In this document: in pieces, positions 1-9,624 of the stretch | How positions within the stretch are numbered: the stretch's first letter is position 1 | Layout: each line of letters begins with the position of its first letter | Assembly (NCBI GenBank): GCA_018651345.1 | Contig: JABIEF010000057.1 | Location: 8,178-72,177 of the forward strand | Source of the DNA: Rhodobiaceae bacterium | GTDB taxonomy: Bacteria; Pseudomonadota; Alphaproteobacteria; Rhizobiales; TMED25 | Reading direction: 5' to 3' | DNA length: 64,000 bases | The notes under the pieces: model-generated | Told to the model about the DNA's origin: nothing | Database searches by the model: none | The model's input: the letters and a program-made list of their open reading frames with translations, nothing else | Made by a program: the position numbers and the translations under genes

Positions 1-1204
1 TAAACGTTGTTAATTGATCTACTCCTATTGGTCCTCTTGCATGCAATCTACCTGTAGATATCCCAATTTCTGCTCCAAAGCCAAACTCACCGCCGTCTGC
101 AAATTGAGTAGATGCATTTATTAAAATGATAGAACTATCCACTCTTTCTGTAAAATATGCTGAAACTGATTTATCTTCAGTTATAATAGCTTCAGTATGA
201 CCGGTTCCATGTAACATAATATGATTTATCGCCTGATTTTCATCATTTACAATTCTTATTGATATTATGGCATCTAAATATTCAGTATCCCAGTCAAGAT
301 CAACAGCACCAATAACCCTATTATCGATGGCTTGAACATCTTGATCGCCTCGTATTTCACATCCATTATTAATTAGAATCTCTATTATTTCAGGTAGATA
401 TTTATTTGCTATTGATTTGTCTATTAGTAAAGTTTCAGCAGCACCGCATATTGAAGGTCTTCTCATTTTAGAATTTAGTGTAATGGATATTGCTTTTTTA
501 AGATCTGCAGATTTATGAATATATACATGACAAATTCCTTCAAGGTGTCCAAAAATAGGAATTCTAGCTTCTTCTTTTATCCTTGATACTAAACTTTTTC
601 CGCCACGTGGAACTATTACATCAATTTTTTCATTTAATCCAGATAACATGCATCCTACTGCATTCCTATCTGTAGTTGGAACAAATTGTACAGAATCTTC
701 TGGTATACTAGATTGCGACAGGCCTTTTCTTATTGATTCATATATTGCCTGGCATGAATAAAAACTATCTGATCCACCTCTTAATATAGAGGCATTACCA
801 GATTTTAGACACAGTGCTGCAGCATCGGCTGTAACATTTGGTCTGCTTTCGTAAATTATACCAATCACGCCTATTGGAATAGTAACTCTCTTGATGGCAA
901 GGCCGTTTGGTTGTTCCCACTCTGATAATATTTTACCAACAGGATTTGTGAGTTTTGAAATGCTATCTATACTTGAGGCTATCGATTCAATTTTTTTACT
1001 ATTTAATGTTAGCCTATCAATTATATGCGCCGCTTTATTTTTTTGTATAGCCTCTTTAAGATCTTTTTTATTTTCGCTTAAAATATAACCTATATCTTGT
1101 CTAATATTTTTAGATATGTTCCTTAAAGCTAGATTCTTTTCTTTATCACTGGCATTTGATAAGAGTTTGGATGCTAATGAAGCTTTGTTCCCAATAGATT
1201 TCAT
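1..1204 (-). CDS. proA: gamma-glutamyl phosphate reductase ProA; C-terminus cut by the window edge
   Basis: Not in the ORF track because it is open at the edge. Hand translation of the minus strand from ATG at 1204 gives MKSIGNKASLASKLL...IPIGVIGIIYESRPNVTADAAALCLKSGNA. The codons at the edge read GRLHARGPIGVDQLTTF, the conserved ProA C-terminal region. It lies directly downstream of proB. Confidence 0.9.
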   Translation of the reverse strand, partial: MKSIGNKASLASKLLSNASDKEKNLALRNISKNIRQDIGYILSENKKDLKEAIQKNKAAHIIDRLTLNSKKIESIASSIDSISKLTNPVGKILSEWEQPNGLAIKRVTIPIGVIGIIYESRPNVTADAAALCLKSGNASILRGGSDSFYSCQAIYESIRKGLSQSSIPEDSVQFVPTTDRNAVGCMLSGLNEKIDVIVPRGGKSLVSRIKEEARIPIFGHLEGICHVYIHKSADLKKAISITLNSKMRRPSICGAAETLLIDKSIANKYLPEIIEILINNGCEIRGDQDVQAIDNRVIGAVDLDWDTEYLDAIISIRIVNDENQAINHIMLHGTGHTEAIITEDKSVSAYFTERVDSSIILINASTQFADGGEFGFGAEIGISTGRLHARGPIGVDQLTTF

Positions 1205-1226
1205 TAATATTTCTATATCATCTGTA

Positions 1227-2363
1227 TTATCCATTATCATCCCCGTTAGTAACAACTAAATCATCTATATGAACCAATGCTGATCGCCCCTTATATCCAA
1301 GTATCTTTTCTATTTCTAATGTTTTCTTCATAATAATTAGTTGGGCGTCTTCAATTGAATATGCAGCTAAACCTCTCGCAACTTCATTTTCATTATTATC
1401 AAATATAATAACAGCATCACCTCTTTCAAAATCACCTGTTACTTTTGTAGTTCCGGCTGGTAGAAGACTTCTTCCTTTTTTCAAGGCCTCTTTAGCTCCT
1501 GAATCTATATATATATGCCCCTTAGGCTCAAGCATTCCTGCAATCCAATTTTTTCTAGCTAAGGATGGTGATGTTTTAGCCATAAAAAGTGTAGATTTCC
1601 CACCATTAATAATATTTTCTATCGGATTATTAATTTCCCCATTCGCAATTATCATATGTGCCCCAGATTCGGTTGATATTCGAGCTGCTTCTAATTTTGT
1701 TATCATGCCTCCAGTTCCGTAAGTACTATTTGTATCTCTTGCCATAGCCATGATTTCAGGAGTGATTTTTTTGACAATAGGAATATGTTTAGCATTTTTA
1801 TTTTTTGGCGACTCGGTGTATATACCATCCACGTCCGATAATATAACTAAGCAATCTGAACTAGACATAGACGTGACTCTTGCTGCTAGCCGGTCATTAT
1901 CGCCATATCTAATTTCAGATGTCGTGACAGTATCGTTTTCATTTATTATTGGAACCATGTGATTTTCTAGAAGCACAGACAATGTGTTTCTGGTATTGAG
2001 ATATTTACGTCTTTCTTCTGTATCTCCAATTGTCAGCAATAATTGTGCGACTTTAGTATTTCTTTTTGTAAAGGCATTTTTATAAGCTGTAATTAGCTCT
2101 ATTTGACCTGAAGCTGCAGCACATTGTGCCATGCTTAGTTTTAATTTTATATTTTTATTTATGCCAAGAAGATTTCTTCCTAAAGCTACAGCGCCAGATG
2201 TAACAATAATTATTTCTTTTTTAGATTCCCTTAATTTTGTAACATCAGAAACGAAATTATCTAACCAATTATGGCGCACAGAACCATTAGAATCTACAAT
2301 TAGACCAGATCCTATTTTAATTACTATACGTTTAGAGGCCTCTAATGTATTTATGGCTGCCAT
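1227..2363 (-). CDS. proB: glutamate 5-kinase
   Basis: 378 aa. Amino-acid kinase fold with a C-terminal PUA-like region. Sits in the conserved obg-proB-proA order. Confidence 0.92.
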   Translation of the reverse strand: MAAINTLEASKRIVIKIGSGLIVDSNGSVRHNWLDNFVSDVTKLRESKKEIIIVTSGAVALGRNLLGINKNIKLKLSMAQCAAASGQIELITAYKNAFTKRNTKVAQLLLTIGDTEERRKYLNTRNTLSVLLENHMVPIINENDTVTTSEIRYGDNDRLAARVTSMSSSDCLVILSDVDGIYTESPKNKNAKHIPIVKKITPEIMAMARDTNSTYGTGGMITKLEAARISTESGAHMIIANGEINNPIENIINGGKSTLFMAKTSPSLARKNWIAGMLEPKGHIYIDSGAKEALKKGRSLLPAGTTKVTGDFERGDAVIIFDNNENEVARGLAAYSIEDAQLIIMKKTLEIEKILGYKGRSALVHIDDLVVTNGDDNG

Positions 2364-3382
2364 TTCTCTTTCGATCCACTTGCTTTATTTTGATTTTCTG
2401 TTGCCATCACTTTTAGAATACTTGTTTTAAGTTTATCAATTCCCTCGCCTGTATAAGCAGAAATTAATAAGAGTTCTTTGTTCTTCAAAGTTTTCAATGA
2501 TTTTAGTTTTTTGTCAATATCTTCTTTTTCCATTATATCGCATTTATTAATAACGATTATTTCTGGTTTTTTCTGTATTTCATTACCATACGATGCTACT
2601 TCATTCCTAATTATCTTATAAGATTCTTTTAGATTTTTATCTGTGATAGATATTAAATGTACTAAAACCGGACATCTTTCTATATGAGCAAGAAATTTGT
2701 CACCTAGCCCTGTTCCTGTGTGAGCTCCTTCAATCAATCCCGGAATATCTGCTAAAACAAAACTTTTGTTATTATATTCAGCTACTCCTAACGCTGGCGT
2801 TAATGTTGTAAAAGGATAATTTGCTATCTTTGGCCTGGCAGCGCTTACTTTTGATAACAAGGTCGATTTTCCTGCATTAGGTAATCCAACAATCCCTACA
2901 TCAGCTATCAACTTTAATTTTAACCGTATAATTAATTCATCACCTGGAGCACCTGGATTTGTATTTCTTGGAGCTCTGTTTGTTGATGATTTAAATCTTG
3001 TATTTCCCCATCCTCCATTTCCGCCTGTTGCAATTTTAATGCTTTGGCCAACTTCGGTAAGATCGGCAATTAATTCTTCTCTCTCTTCATCAAAAACTTG
3101 CGTGCCTACTGGAACAACTAAAGTAACATCTTTACCATTGCGGCCAGATTTATTATTACCAGCTCCATCTTTACCTTTTTCGCCCTTGTAATGTTGCTGA
3201 TATCGATAATCAATAAGAGTATTCAGCCCTTCTGTTGCTGTAACCCATACGTCGCCACCTTTTCCGCCGTCTCCACCGTTAGGGCCACCATATTCAATGT
3301 ACTTTTCCTTTCTAAAGCTCAAACACCCACCACCGCCATGGCCAGCCTTTGCGTATACCTTTGCTTCATCAAGAAATTTCAT
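2351..3382 (-). CDS. obg: GTPase Obg/CgtA
   Basis: Gly-rich Obg N-domain (GGPNGGDGGKGGDV), P-loop GLPNAGKST, DIPGLIEGA and NKCD. Overlaps the proB start by 13 nt. Confidence 0.95.
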   Translation of the reverse strand: MKFLDEAKVYAKAGHGGGGCLSFRKEKYIEYGGPNGGDGGKGGDVWVTATEGLNTLIDYRYQQHYKGEKGKDGAGNNKSGRNGKDVTLVVPVGTQVFDEEREELIADLTEVGQSIKIATGGNGGWGNTRFKSSTNRAPRNTNPGAPGDELIIRLKLKLIADVGIVGLPNAGKSTLLSKVSAARPKIANYPFTTLTPALGVAEYNNKSFVLADIPGLIEGAHTGTGLGDKFLAHIERCPVLVHLISITDKNLKESYKIIRNEVASYGNEIQKKPEIIVINKCDIMEKEDIDKKLKSLKTLKNKELLLISAYTGEGIDKLKTSILKVMATENQNKASGSKEKWQP

Positions 3383-3512
3383 GATCAGTTGATTTTCTTA
3401 TTCTATTAATATTTATACCCTAGTATATAGGATATATAATTTCTAAAATATTAATGAAATTATTATATTTTATTATGGAAATTTAATTTAGATTTTTATA
3501 GGCTATTAATCT

Positions 3513-3776
3513 CTAGATACTAATATCTTCTATAACAGTTATTATGCTTCTGCCATTTTTACTTCCAAGAAACTTAACCTTACCAACTGTAGTAGAAAAT
3601 ATAGTATGATCTTTGCCCATACCTACATTTTCACCGGGGTGCCATTTTGTGCCCCTTTGTCTAAGTATTATATTCCCAGGTATTACTAGTTCGCCACCAT
3701 ATTTTTTAACACCAAGACGTCTTCCAGCTGAATCTCTTCCATTTCTCGATGATCCGCCTGCTTTTTTATGTGCCAT
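3513..3776 (-). CDS. rpmA: 50S ribosomal protein L27
   Basis: 87 aa beginning [16 protein letters not shown], the canonical L27 N-terminus. Confidence 0.97.
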   Translation of the reverse strand: MAHKKAGGSSRNGRDSAGRRLGVKKYGGELVIPGNIILRQRGTKWHPGENVGMGKDHTIFSTTVGKVKFLGSKNGRSIITVIEDISI

Positions 3777-3819
3777 GATAATAATCCTTTAGAATTTAAA
3801 TCTATTTATAAAATCTATC

Positions 3820-4302
3820 CTATTTAGTGTCAACTTTTTTTGCCGGTGTTTTCTTTACAACTGCTTTTTTTGCTACTGGTTTTTTTTCAGCAACTGCTTT
3901 TTTTGCTGCCGGTTTTTTTTCAGCTGCTTTCGCTACTTCTTTTTTGGCAACTTCTGATGTTGCTGCAACTTTTTTATTAGCAACTTTTTTTACTGAATCA
4001 ATTCCAATAATTTTTATAGTTGTTTCGTGCTGTCTATGACCTGCTGTTCTTCTATAATTTTGTCTTCTTTTCTTTTTGAAAACAATAATTTTTCTTGATC
4101 GGCCTTGAGTTAATACTTCTGCAGTAACAGTAGCATTTTCTACATTTGGCGTCCCAATCTTGATATCACCACCTTCTGACATCATCAATACATCTTCAAA
4201 CACGACCTGTTCACCAGGTTCAGTATTAAGTTTTTCAACTTTTAATACTTGATCTTTTTCAACACGGTACTGTTTGCCACCTGTTTTAATGACTGCTGCC
4301 AT
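3820..4302 (-). CDS. rplU: 50S ribosomal protein L21 with a roughly 57-aa Lys/Ala/Pro-rich C-terminal tail
   Basis: The core MAAVIKTGGKQYRV is a typical L21 start. I prefer ATG at 4302 over the track start at 4314. The tail reads KKVAATSEVAKKEVAKAAEKKPAAKKAVAEKKPVAKKAVVKKTPAKK. Confidence 0.93.
   Translation of the reverse strand: MAAVIKTGGKQYRVEKDQVLKVEKLNTEPGEQVVFEDVLMMSEGGDIKIGTPNVENATVTAEVLTQGRSRKIIVFKKKRRQNYRRTAGHRQHETTIKIIGIDSVKKVANKKVAATSEVAKKEVAKAAEKKPAAKKAVAEKKPVAKKAVVKKTPAKKVDTK
3823..3993 (-). repeat. imperfect short repeats encoding the AKKP-type tail of L21
   Basis: The plus strand shows reiterated gcaactgcttttttttgct(a/g)c(t/c)ggtttttttt blocks. In the protein this is reiterated (A/V)KK(P/A). 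Confidence 0.7.
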
Positions 4303-4482
4303 TTCATTCACCACTTTATAGATTTATTAAATTAAAATAATTGTTTCTCTTAATACACCCCTGTCATCAACTCTGTCAATGTAAGGTAATATAATATCTA
4401 TAATTATTTAGTATTTTAAAGTAGTTTAGTCAAATCATTCTTTGTTTTTTTTATTATTTTTATCTATAGATAGAATATTATT

Positions 4483-4573
<91 letters not shown>

Positions 4574-4623
4574 TAAACTGCAATGTATTGGGAAAATGCA
4601 ATAAATAGAAGGATAATTCAAAA

Positions 4624-5610
4624 ATGAAAACAAAAGTGATTAGGTTATATCAGACTGGCGGTCCAGAGAATATGGTATGGGAAGATGCAGAGCTCGGTGA
4701 AATTTCAAACGATGAGGTTTTGATCAAACACACAGCAGTTGGTTTTAATTTAATAGATACCTATCACCGCGGTGGTATTTACCCAACACCTAAAAAACCC
4801 TGCGGTCTTGGCACAGAAGCATCAGGCATAGTGGAAAAAGTAGGTAAGAATATCACTAATTTTGCAATCGGAGACAGAGTTGCCTATGCGGGAAGTGGTG
4901 CGGGATTAGGTGCTTATTGTTACAAAAGAATTATGAATACTTCTGGTCTAATTAAAATACCAGATTGGATGGACGACAAGACAGCAGCCGCAATATTAAC
5001 TAAAGGAAGAACCGTAGAATATCTGTTTAACAGAACATATTCTCTAAAAGAGGGGGATAATATCTTATTCCATGCTGCAGCTGGTGGTGTAGGGTTAATT
5101 GCTGGTCAGTGGGCAAAAGCAATTGGAGTTAATGCAATAGGTATTGTTGGATCAGAAAGTAAAATTCAAATAGCAAAAGATAGCGGATACAGTCAGGTCT
5201 TTGCAATGGATGATGAGGATATAAAAACTAAAATTATGGATCTTACAAAGGCTGTGGGCGTTGACGTTGTATACGATTCTGTTGGGAAAACAACATGGGA
5301 TTTATCGCTTTCATGCGTCAAAAAACTTGGTCTTGTTGTTAGCTTTGGAAGTGCTTCAGGTAACCCTCCAGCTTATGATGTTGCTGTTGATGGTGTGAAG
5401 AATTCTGCATATATTCATAGAGCGACGATGGTAAATTATATGACAACACCTGAAATTTCTCTTGCAAGCGCAATGAAGGTATTTGAGATGATTAAGGAAG
5501 GGTCTATCGCTTTACAAATAAACGATAGTTATACTCTTGATGATGTTGTTAAGGTTCATGAAGATGCAGAAGCAAGGTTAACAACTGGCCAGATCGTGAT
5601 GACCGTTTAA
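4624..5610 (+). CDS. qor: NADPH:quinone oxidoreductase (zeta-crystallin/MDR family)
   Basis: 328 aa, colinear with E. coli QorA as I recall it (GFNLIDTY.R.G.YP, GLGTEASG, LFHAAAGGVGLIAGQWAKA). Confidence 0.85.
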   Translation: MKTKVIRLYQTGGPENMVWEDAELGEISNDEVLIKHTAVGFNLIDTYHRGGIYPTPKKPCGLGTEASGIVEKVGKNITNFAIGDRVAYAGSGAGLGAYCYKRIMNTSGLIKIPDWMDDKTAAAILTKGRTVEYLFNRTYSLKEGDNILFHAAAGGVGLIAGQWAKAIGVNAIGIVGSESKIQIAKDSGYSQVFAMDDEDIKTKIMDLTKAVGVDVVYDSVGKTTWDLSLSCVKKLGLVVSFGSASGNPPAYDVAVDGVKNSAYIHRATMVNYMTTPEISLASAMKVFEMIKEGSIALQINDSYTLDDVVKVHEDAEARLTTGQIVMTV

Positions 5611-6641
5611 CTCTGTTTGATATATTCTTTTAGAAGCTCCAAATTTTTAATATCTGGTTTTATTTCTTTGCTGAATATTTTTTTTGTTATTTCAACAACC
5701 GCATTATTAAGTGGAGCTGTATTACCTTTTTCTTTTGCTTTTTCAACCACAAGTCCATTGATTGTGTCTGCTTCGCTATATCTTCCTTTCAAGTGATCAT
5801 GGAATACAGCGTCACGGGCATTTGGGCCAATATCTTTTATGAGTTTATTAAGTATTAATTCTAGCGGGTTATTTGATCCTTTGATGTCTTCCTGTTTTAA
5901 CCCAAATATTGGTTCAATATTATATCCTTGTCCTTGCCCAGCAAGCAGCGCTTCGGAACCTATTTCCATTATCAACTCTTTCATTCCAGGAATCTTAAAA
6001 CCCTCTGTAAGATTAACGCCTAACATGGCAAATGGAGCCATACACATTGCATTAACAATTAATTTCATCCATTTAGCCGAGAGAATATTTTCTAATATAG
6101 TTACATTGCCTATATTTGATAAAATCTCTTCAATTTCTTTTAATCTTGGTTCCATATCAGCTGTGAAGGCACCAATACCAAACCATGTTCTTGCGGGAGG
6201 TGTATCTCTTTGAATAATTCCTGGTGTAAATAATTCAGAAGATAATTCAATGACACATCCAAGGGTTCTATGTGAGCCAACAATATTCGAGATGTCTTCT
6301 GCTGTCATTGCATTTTGTACTCCTACCATAATACCATCGTCAGCTAGGTAGGGTTTAATTAATTCAGTCATCCAAACAGAATCATAGGCTTTAACGTATA
6401 ATAAAACTATATCAAATTTAATATTCAATTCACACAACTTGCAAAGATGGTAAGCTTTGACTTTTATGTTGATTTCTTCTTCGGGCATTTGAATTGTAAG
6501 CCCATCTTGATTCATAGCATCTACGTGTTCTGGCCATTGGTCTATTAAAGTAACATCGTAACCAAACCTTGTCAGATCTGCAGCTGAGCAACTTCCATTC
6601 GCTCCTGTACCAAGAACAGCTATTTTTTTATTTTTAGACAT
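5607..6641 (-). CDS. ketopantoate reductase (PanE/ApbA) family oxidoreductase
   Basis: 344 aa. N-terminal Rossmann motif IAVLGTGANG and a C-terminal ApbA-like helical domain. The specific substrate cannot be assigned. Confidence 0.6.
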   Translation of the reverse strand: MSKNKKIAVLGTGANGSCSAADLTRFGYDVTLIDQWPEHVDAMNQDGLTIQMPEEEINIKVKAYHLCKLCELNIKFDIVLLYVKAYDSVWMTELIKPYLADDGIMVGVQNAMTAEDISNIVGSHRTLGCVIELSSELFTPGIIQRDTPPARTWFGIGAFTADMEPRLKEIEEILSNIGNVTILENILSAKWMKLIVNAMCMAPFAMLGVNLTEGFKIPGMKELIMEIGSEALLAGQGQGYNIEPIFGLKQEDIKGSNNPLELILNKLIKDIGPNARDAVFHDHLKGRYSEADTINGLVVEKAKEKGNTAPLNNAVVEITKKIFSKEIKPDIKNLELLKEYIKQS

Positions 6642-6717
6642 ACAAATATCCCTAATATTAATTATATCACTATATTATCATAACCAAATATTTTGAAAAA
6701 TATATGTATATTTTGGA

Positions 6718-7467
6718 TTAAAATGGGATTCTTTTACCTGCCCAATCATAAGTATTTCCAGAATCTTTGGGTTCTAATTTATTAATTACTGAAATGAGAT
6801 GCTGAGAAGATTCACTTGGGGTAAAAACATTATAGTGAGAGCGTGATTTTGGAAAGGGTTTTGATAGATTTGTATCAACGGTACCTGGATGAAGTCCAAC
6901 ACTTATTGCATTTTTATTGGCATACTTTAATTCAATAGAAAGATTTTTTAATAGCATATTAAGGGCAGCTTTTGATGCTCTATAGCTATGCCACCCGCCA
7001 AGTTGGTTGTTTTCGATACTTCCAACTCTTGCCGATATACAGCTAAAAATAGATTTTCTGTCTTTTCTTAGCAAGGGTATGAAATGTTTGGCTAGAAGGA
7101 ACGGGCCAAATGTATTAATCTTAAATGATTTTTCTAGGTATGCTGCGTCGATCATTTTATATGATTTTTCTGGCTTATAGTCATTATCGTGAAGAAAACC
7201 AGTAGCGTTAATTATAATATCTAAACCTTTATAGCTATCAGATATTATATTTGAACAATCTATCATTGTTTTTTCGTCAAGAAGATCAATATGGAGACGG
7301 TTTGTCTTGTTATTTATTTTAGGATTGGATCTTGAAATATGTATAATATTCTTTACATTAACAGTATTTTCTAATGAAGACACAAGCGCTTGGCCTATGC
7401 CACCAGAGGCTCCAATTATTGCTATATTTAAATCGTTGTCAAAATTTGATAAAAGATTAGTATTCAT
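6718..7467 (-). CDS. short-chain dehydrogenase/reductase (SDR)
   Basis: IIGASGGIG cofactor motif and YRASKAAL active-site motif. Divergent from the ECF sigma gene. Confidence 0.8.
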   Translation of the reverse strand: MNTNLLSNFDNDLNIAIIGASGGIGQALVSSLENTVNVKNIIHISRSNPKINNKTNRLHIDLLDEKTMIDCSNIISDSYKGLDIIINATGFLHDNDYKPEKSYKMIDAAYLEKSFKINTFGPFLLAKHFIPLLRKDRKSIFSCISARVGSIENNQLGGWHSYRASKAALNMLLKNLSIELKYANKNAISVGLHPGTVDTNLSKPFPKSRSHYNVFTPSESSQHLISVINKLEPKDSGNTYDWAGKRIPF

Positions 7468-7540
7468 AGAAGTTATCCTTTTAACTATAACGTTTATAAG
7501 ACTATAATGGATTTTATTTGATAATATAAATCACAAAAAA

Positions 7541-7570
7541 TAATTTGATCCATTATAATTTGATCCATTA
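7541..7570 (+). repeat. perfect 15-bp tandem duplication (TAATTTGATCCATTA x2), each copy carrying a TGATCC element
   Basis: Read directly: 7541-7555 and 7556-7570 are identical. Confidence 0.95.
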
Positions 7571-7588
7571 TATTTATAAAAACGTATA
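7561..7588 (+). promoter_or_regulatory. candidate sigmaE (ECF11-type) autoregulated promoter of rpoE-chrR
   Basis: TGATCC (7561-7566), a 16-nt spacer, then CGTATA (7583-7588), about 50 nt upstream of the sigma start codon. It matches the TGATCC-N16-CGTA consensus I recall for sigmaE/ChrR-type ECF sigmas. Confidence 0.65.
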
Positions 7589-7638
7589 TACATTGGGGTC
7601 ATTTTAAAAATTAACATGACTTTATATAAAGCAAGTAA

Positions 7639-8184
7639 ATGATACAGATAGATATAACATTTGTTAAAAAACTTCAAATAAAGAAAAACCCCAAAGATTT
7701 TAGTATGTTATTTCAATTTTATGGGCCAAAAATCAAGGCGCTTATGATAAGAAGTGGTTCTGACTATGCTTTTGCAGAAGATATAATGCATGACACAATG
7801 TTAACGGTATGGAAAAAAATTGATTTATATAATTCAAGTAAAGGAAGTTTTAGTTCATGGATTTATACAATAGCGAGAAATAATAGAATAGATATTTTGA
7901 GAAAGAAATCTTCGCAACCTTATGTTGACATTAATGAAGTTGAAATGATGTCAAATGACCCAGATAGCGAAAAAATAATATTAGATTCTCAGACAGCAGC
8001 GAATATAAAAAAAATGGTAAGGCAGTTACCACAAAAACAAAAAATTATTATTGAAATGGCGTTTAATGAAGATTTAACACAGAAAGAAATAGCAGAAAAA
8101 TTAGAGATTCCAATCGGAACAGTAAAATCTCGTATGAGATTAGCATATATAAAATTAAAAGAAGGTTTTAAGGAGTATCAATGA
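7639..8184 (+). CDS. rpoE: ECF RNA polymerase sigma factor (sigmaE, ChrR-partnered group)
   Basis: 181 aa with sigma-70 region 2 (DIMHDTMLTVWKK...WIYTIARN) and region 4 (LTQKEIAEKLEIPIGTVKSRM). The stop overlaps the chrR start (ATGA). Confidence 0.9.
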   Translation: MIQIDITFVKKLQIKKNPKDFSMLFQFYGPKIKALMIRSGSDYAFAEDIMHDTMLTVWKKIDLYNSSKGSFSSWIYTIARNNRIDILRKKSSQPYVDINEVEMMSNDPDSEKIILDSQTAANIKKMVRQLPQKQKIIIEMAFNEDLTQKEIAEKLEIPIGTVKSRMRLAYIKLKEGFKEYQ

Positions 8185-8855
8185 AATTATCCCAGCATCC
8201 AGATCCAGCGTCTTTGTTATCTTATAGTAGTGGAGGCCTATCAACCCCGTTCTCTATCCTTATCTCGGCGCATATTTCGCTTTGTAATACGTGCTCAGAA
8301 AAAGTTAAGTTATACAATGAGATTGGAGGTGTTTTAATTGAAGATACTGCAGATGCAGATCTCAGCCAAGATGCCTTAAATAAATTTATGAATGCAATAG
8401 TGCATGAAAGTGATGACAGATTACCTACTGATAGTAAGAATGTAGATATTCAACAGCAGAACAACAATACAGAAATACCTTTCCCTTTGTATAAATATAT
8501 AGGTTCATCAATTGAGAAGATTAAATGGAGATATTTAGCTCCCGGCATTAAAAGGGTTTCAATATTAATGGAAGGGGAAAAAAATGCTTATTTATCACTG
8601 CTACATATTGGACCAGGAAAAAAGATTCCAGAGCATACACATACTGGAGAAGAAATGACATTTGTTATTTCAGGTTCTTTTCAAGATAAGACAGGAGTGT
8701 ATAACATTGGTGATCTAGCAGATCATGATGAAGAGATTGAGCATCAGCCAACAGTGATTGGAAAACATCCTTGTGTATGTATTGTTGCAACGGAAGGGCC
8801 AATGATATTTAAAAGTTTTTTTGCTAATTTATTTCAATCTTTCTATCGTATTTAA
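8181..8855 (+). CDS. chrR: anti-sigma-E factor ChrR (zinc anti-sigma domain plus C-terminal cupin)
   Basis: H6, H31, C35 and C38 (H-x3-C-x2-C in AHISLCNTC) match the ChrR zinc ligands I recall. The cupin motif is H152-x-H154-x3-E158 ... H188. Confidence 0.9.
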   Translation: MKLSQHPDPASLLSYSSGGLSTPFSILISAHISLCNTCSEKVKLYNEIGGVLIEDTADADLSQDALNKFMNAIVHESDDRLPTDSKNVDIQQQNNNTEIPFPLYKYIGSSIEKIKWRYLAPGIKRVSILMEGEKNAYLSLLHIGPGKKIPEHTHTGEEMTFVISGSFQDKTGVYNIGDLADHDEEIEHQPTVIGKHPCVCIVATEGPMIFKSFFANLFQSFYRI

Positions 8856-8869
8856 AAAATTTATTGCTT

Positions 8870-9622
8870 ATGAAAAAATGGAATACAATTTGGATTACCG
8901 GGGCTAGTTCAGGCATAGGATACGAGTTATCAAAATTACTATCCAGTGAAGCCTCTTATATTGCTGTGTCGGCAAGAAGAGAAAGTAAGTTAAAAGAATT
9001 AGCTGATAATTATGATAATATACATAGCCATAAATTAGACATTACCAACGAAGAAGAAAGTAGGATCTGTATAGATGAAATAGAAAAAAATTCAAATGGT
9101 AATATCGATTTAGTTGTTCTCAATGCAGGTAAGAGTGTGCTGTTTAAAGTCAATGATTTTGACTCTAAAGCTATTAGAGAATGTTTTGAGGTAAATTATA
9201 TAGGAGTTATGCACTCTCTCAGCATTATTGTACCTAAGATGATTAAGGCAAAAACAGGGCATATTGCAATTGTATCATCCGTAGCTGGATATAGAGGTCT
9301 GCCTAATTCCATTGCTTATGGGCCAACAAAAGCTGCATTAATAAATCTAGCAGAAGTATTAAGAGCAGAACTTTCAAAGTACGGGATTGTAGTTACATTA
9401 ATTAACCCAGGATTTGTAGATACAGAAATGACGAAAGTGAATAAGTTTCCGATGCCTTTTATTGTTTCTGCTAAATTTGCTGCAGAGAAAATATTTGATG
9501 GATTAAAGAAAGATAAGTATGAAATAACTTTTCCGTTGTATTTTTCATTAGTACTAAAATTATTAAGAATAATTCCGAATAGTTTATATTTTTGGATAGT
9601 CAAAAAATTTATATGGAAATAA
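8870..9622 (+). CDS. short-chain dehydrogenase/reductase, probably co-transcribed with rpoE-chrR
   Basis: WITGASSGIG and YGPTKAAL motifs. ATG at 8870 is preferred over the track TTG at 8864. There is only a 14-nt gap after chrR. Confidence 0.8.
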   Translation: MKKWNTIWITGASSGIGYELSKLLSSEASYIAVSARRESKLKELADNYDNIHSHKLDITNEEESRICIDEIEKNSNGNIDLVVLNAGKSVLFKVNDFDSKAIRECFEVNYIGVMHSLSIIVPKMIKAKTGHIAIVSSVAGYRGLPNSIAYGPTKAALINLAEVLRAELSKYGIVVTLINPGFVDTEMTKVNKFPMPFIVSAKFAAEKIFDGLKKDKYEITFPLYFSLVLKLLRIIPNSLYFWIVKKFIWK

Positions 9623-9624
9623 TA

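Noticed and set aside
891-1088. A 65-aa plus-strand ORF at the left end.
   Set aside because: It lies antisense within proA, whose minus-strand translation is unambiguous.
7489-7514. A possible sigmaE-type promoter for the divergent SDR gene (minus strand AAATCC-N16-CGTT).
   Set aside because: Only 4 of 6 positions match at -35, and it sits about 20 nt from the start codon. This is too weak to call in such AT-rich sequence.
7546-7551. The upstream TGATCC copy as a second functional sigmaE -35 element.
   Set aside because: At 16-nt spacing it is followed by TTAT rather than CGTA, so only the downstream copy forms a complete promoter. It is kept as a repeat observation only.
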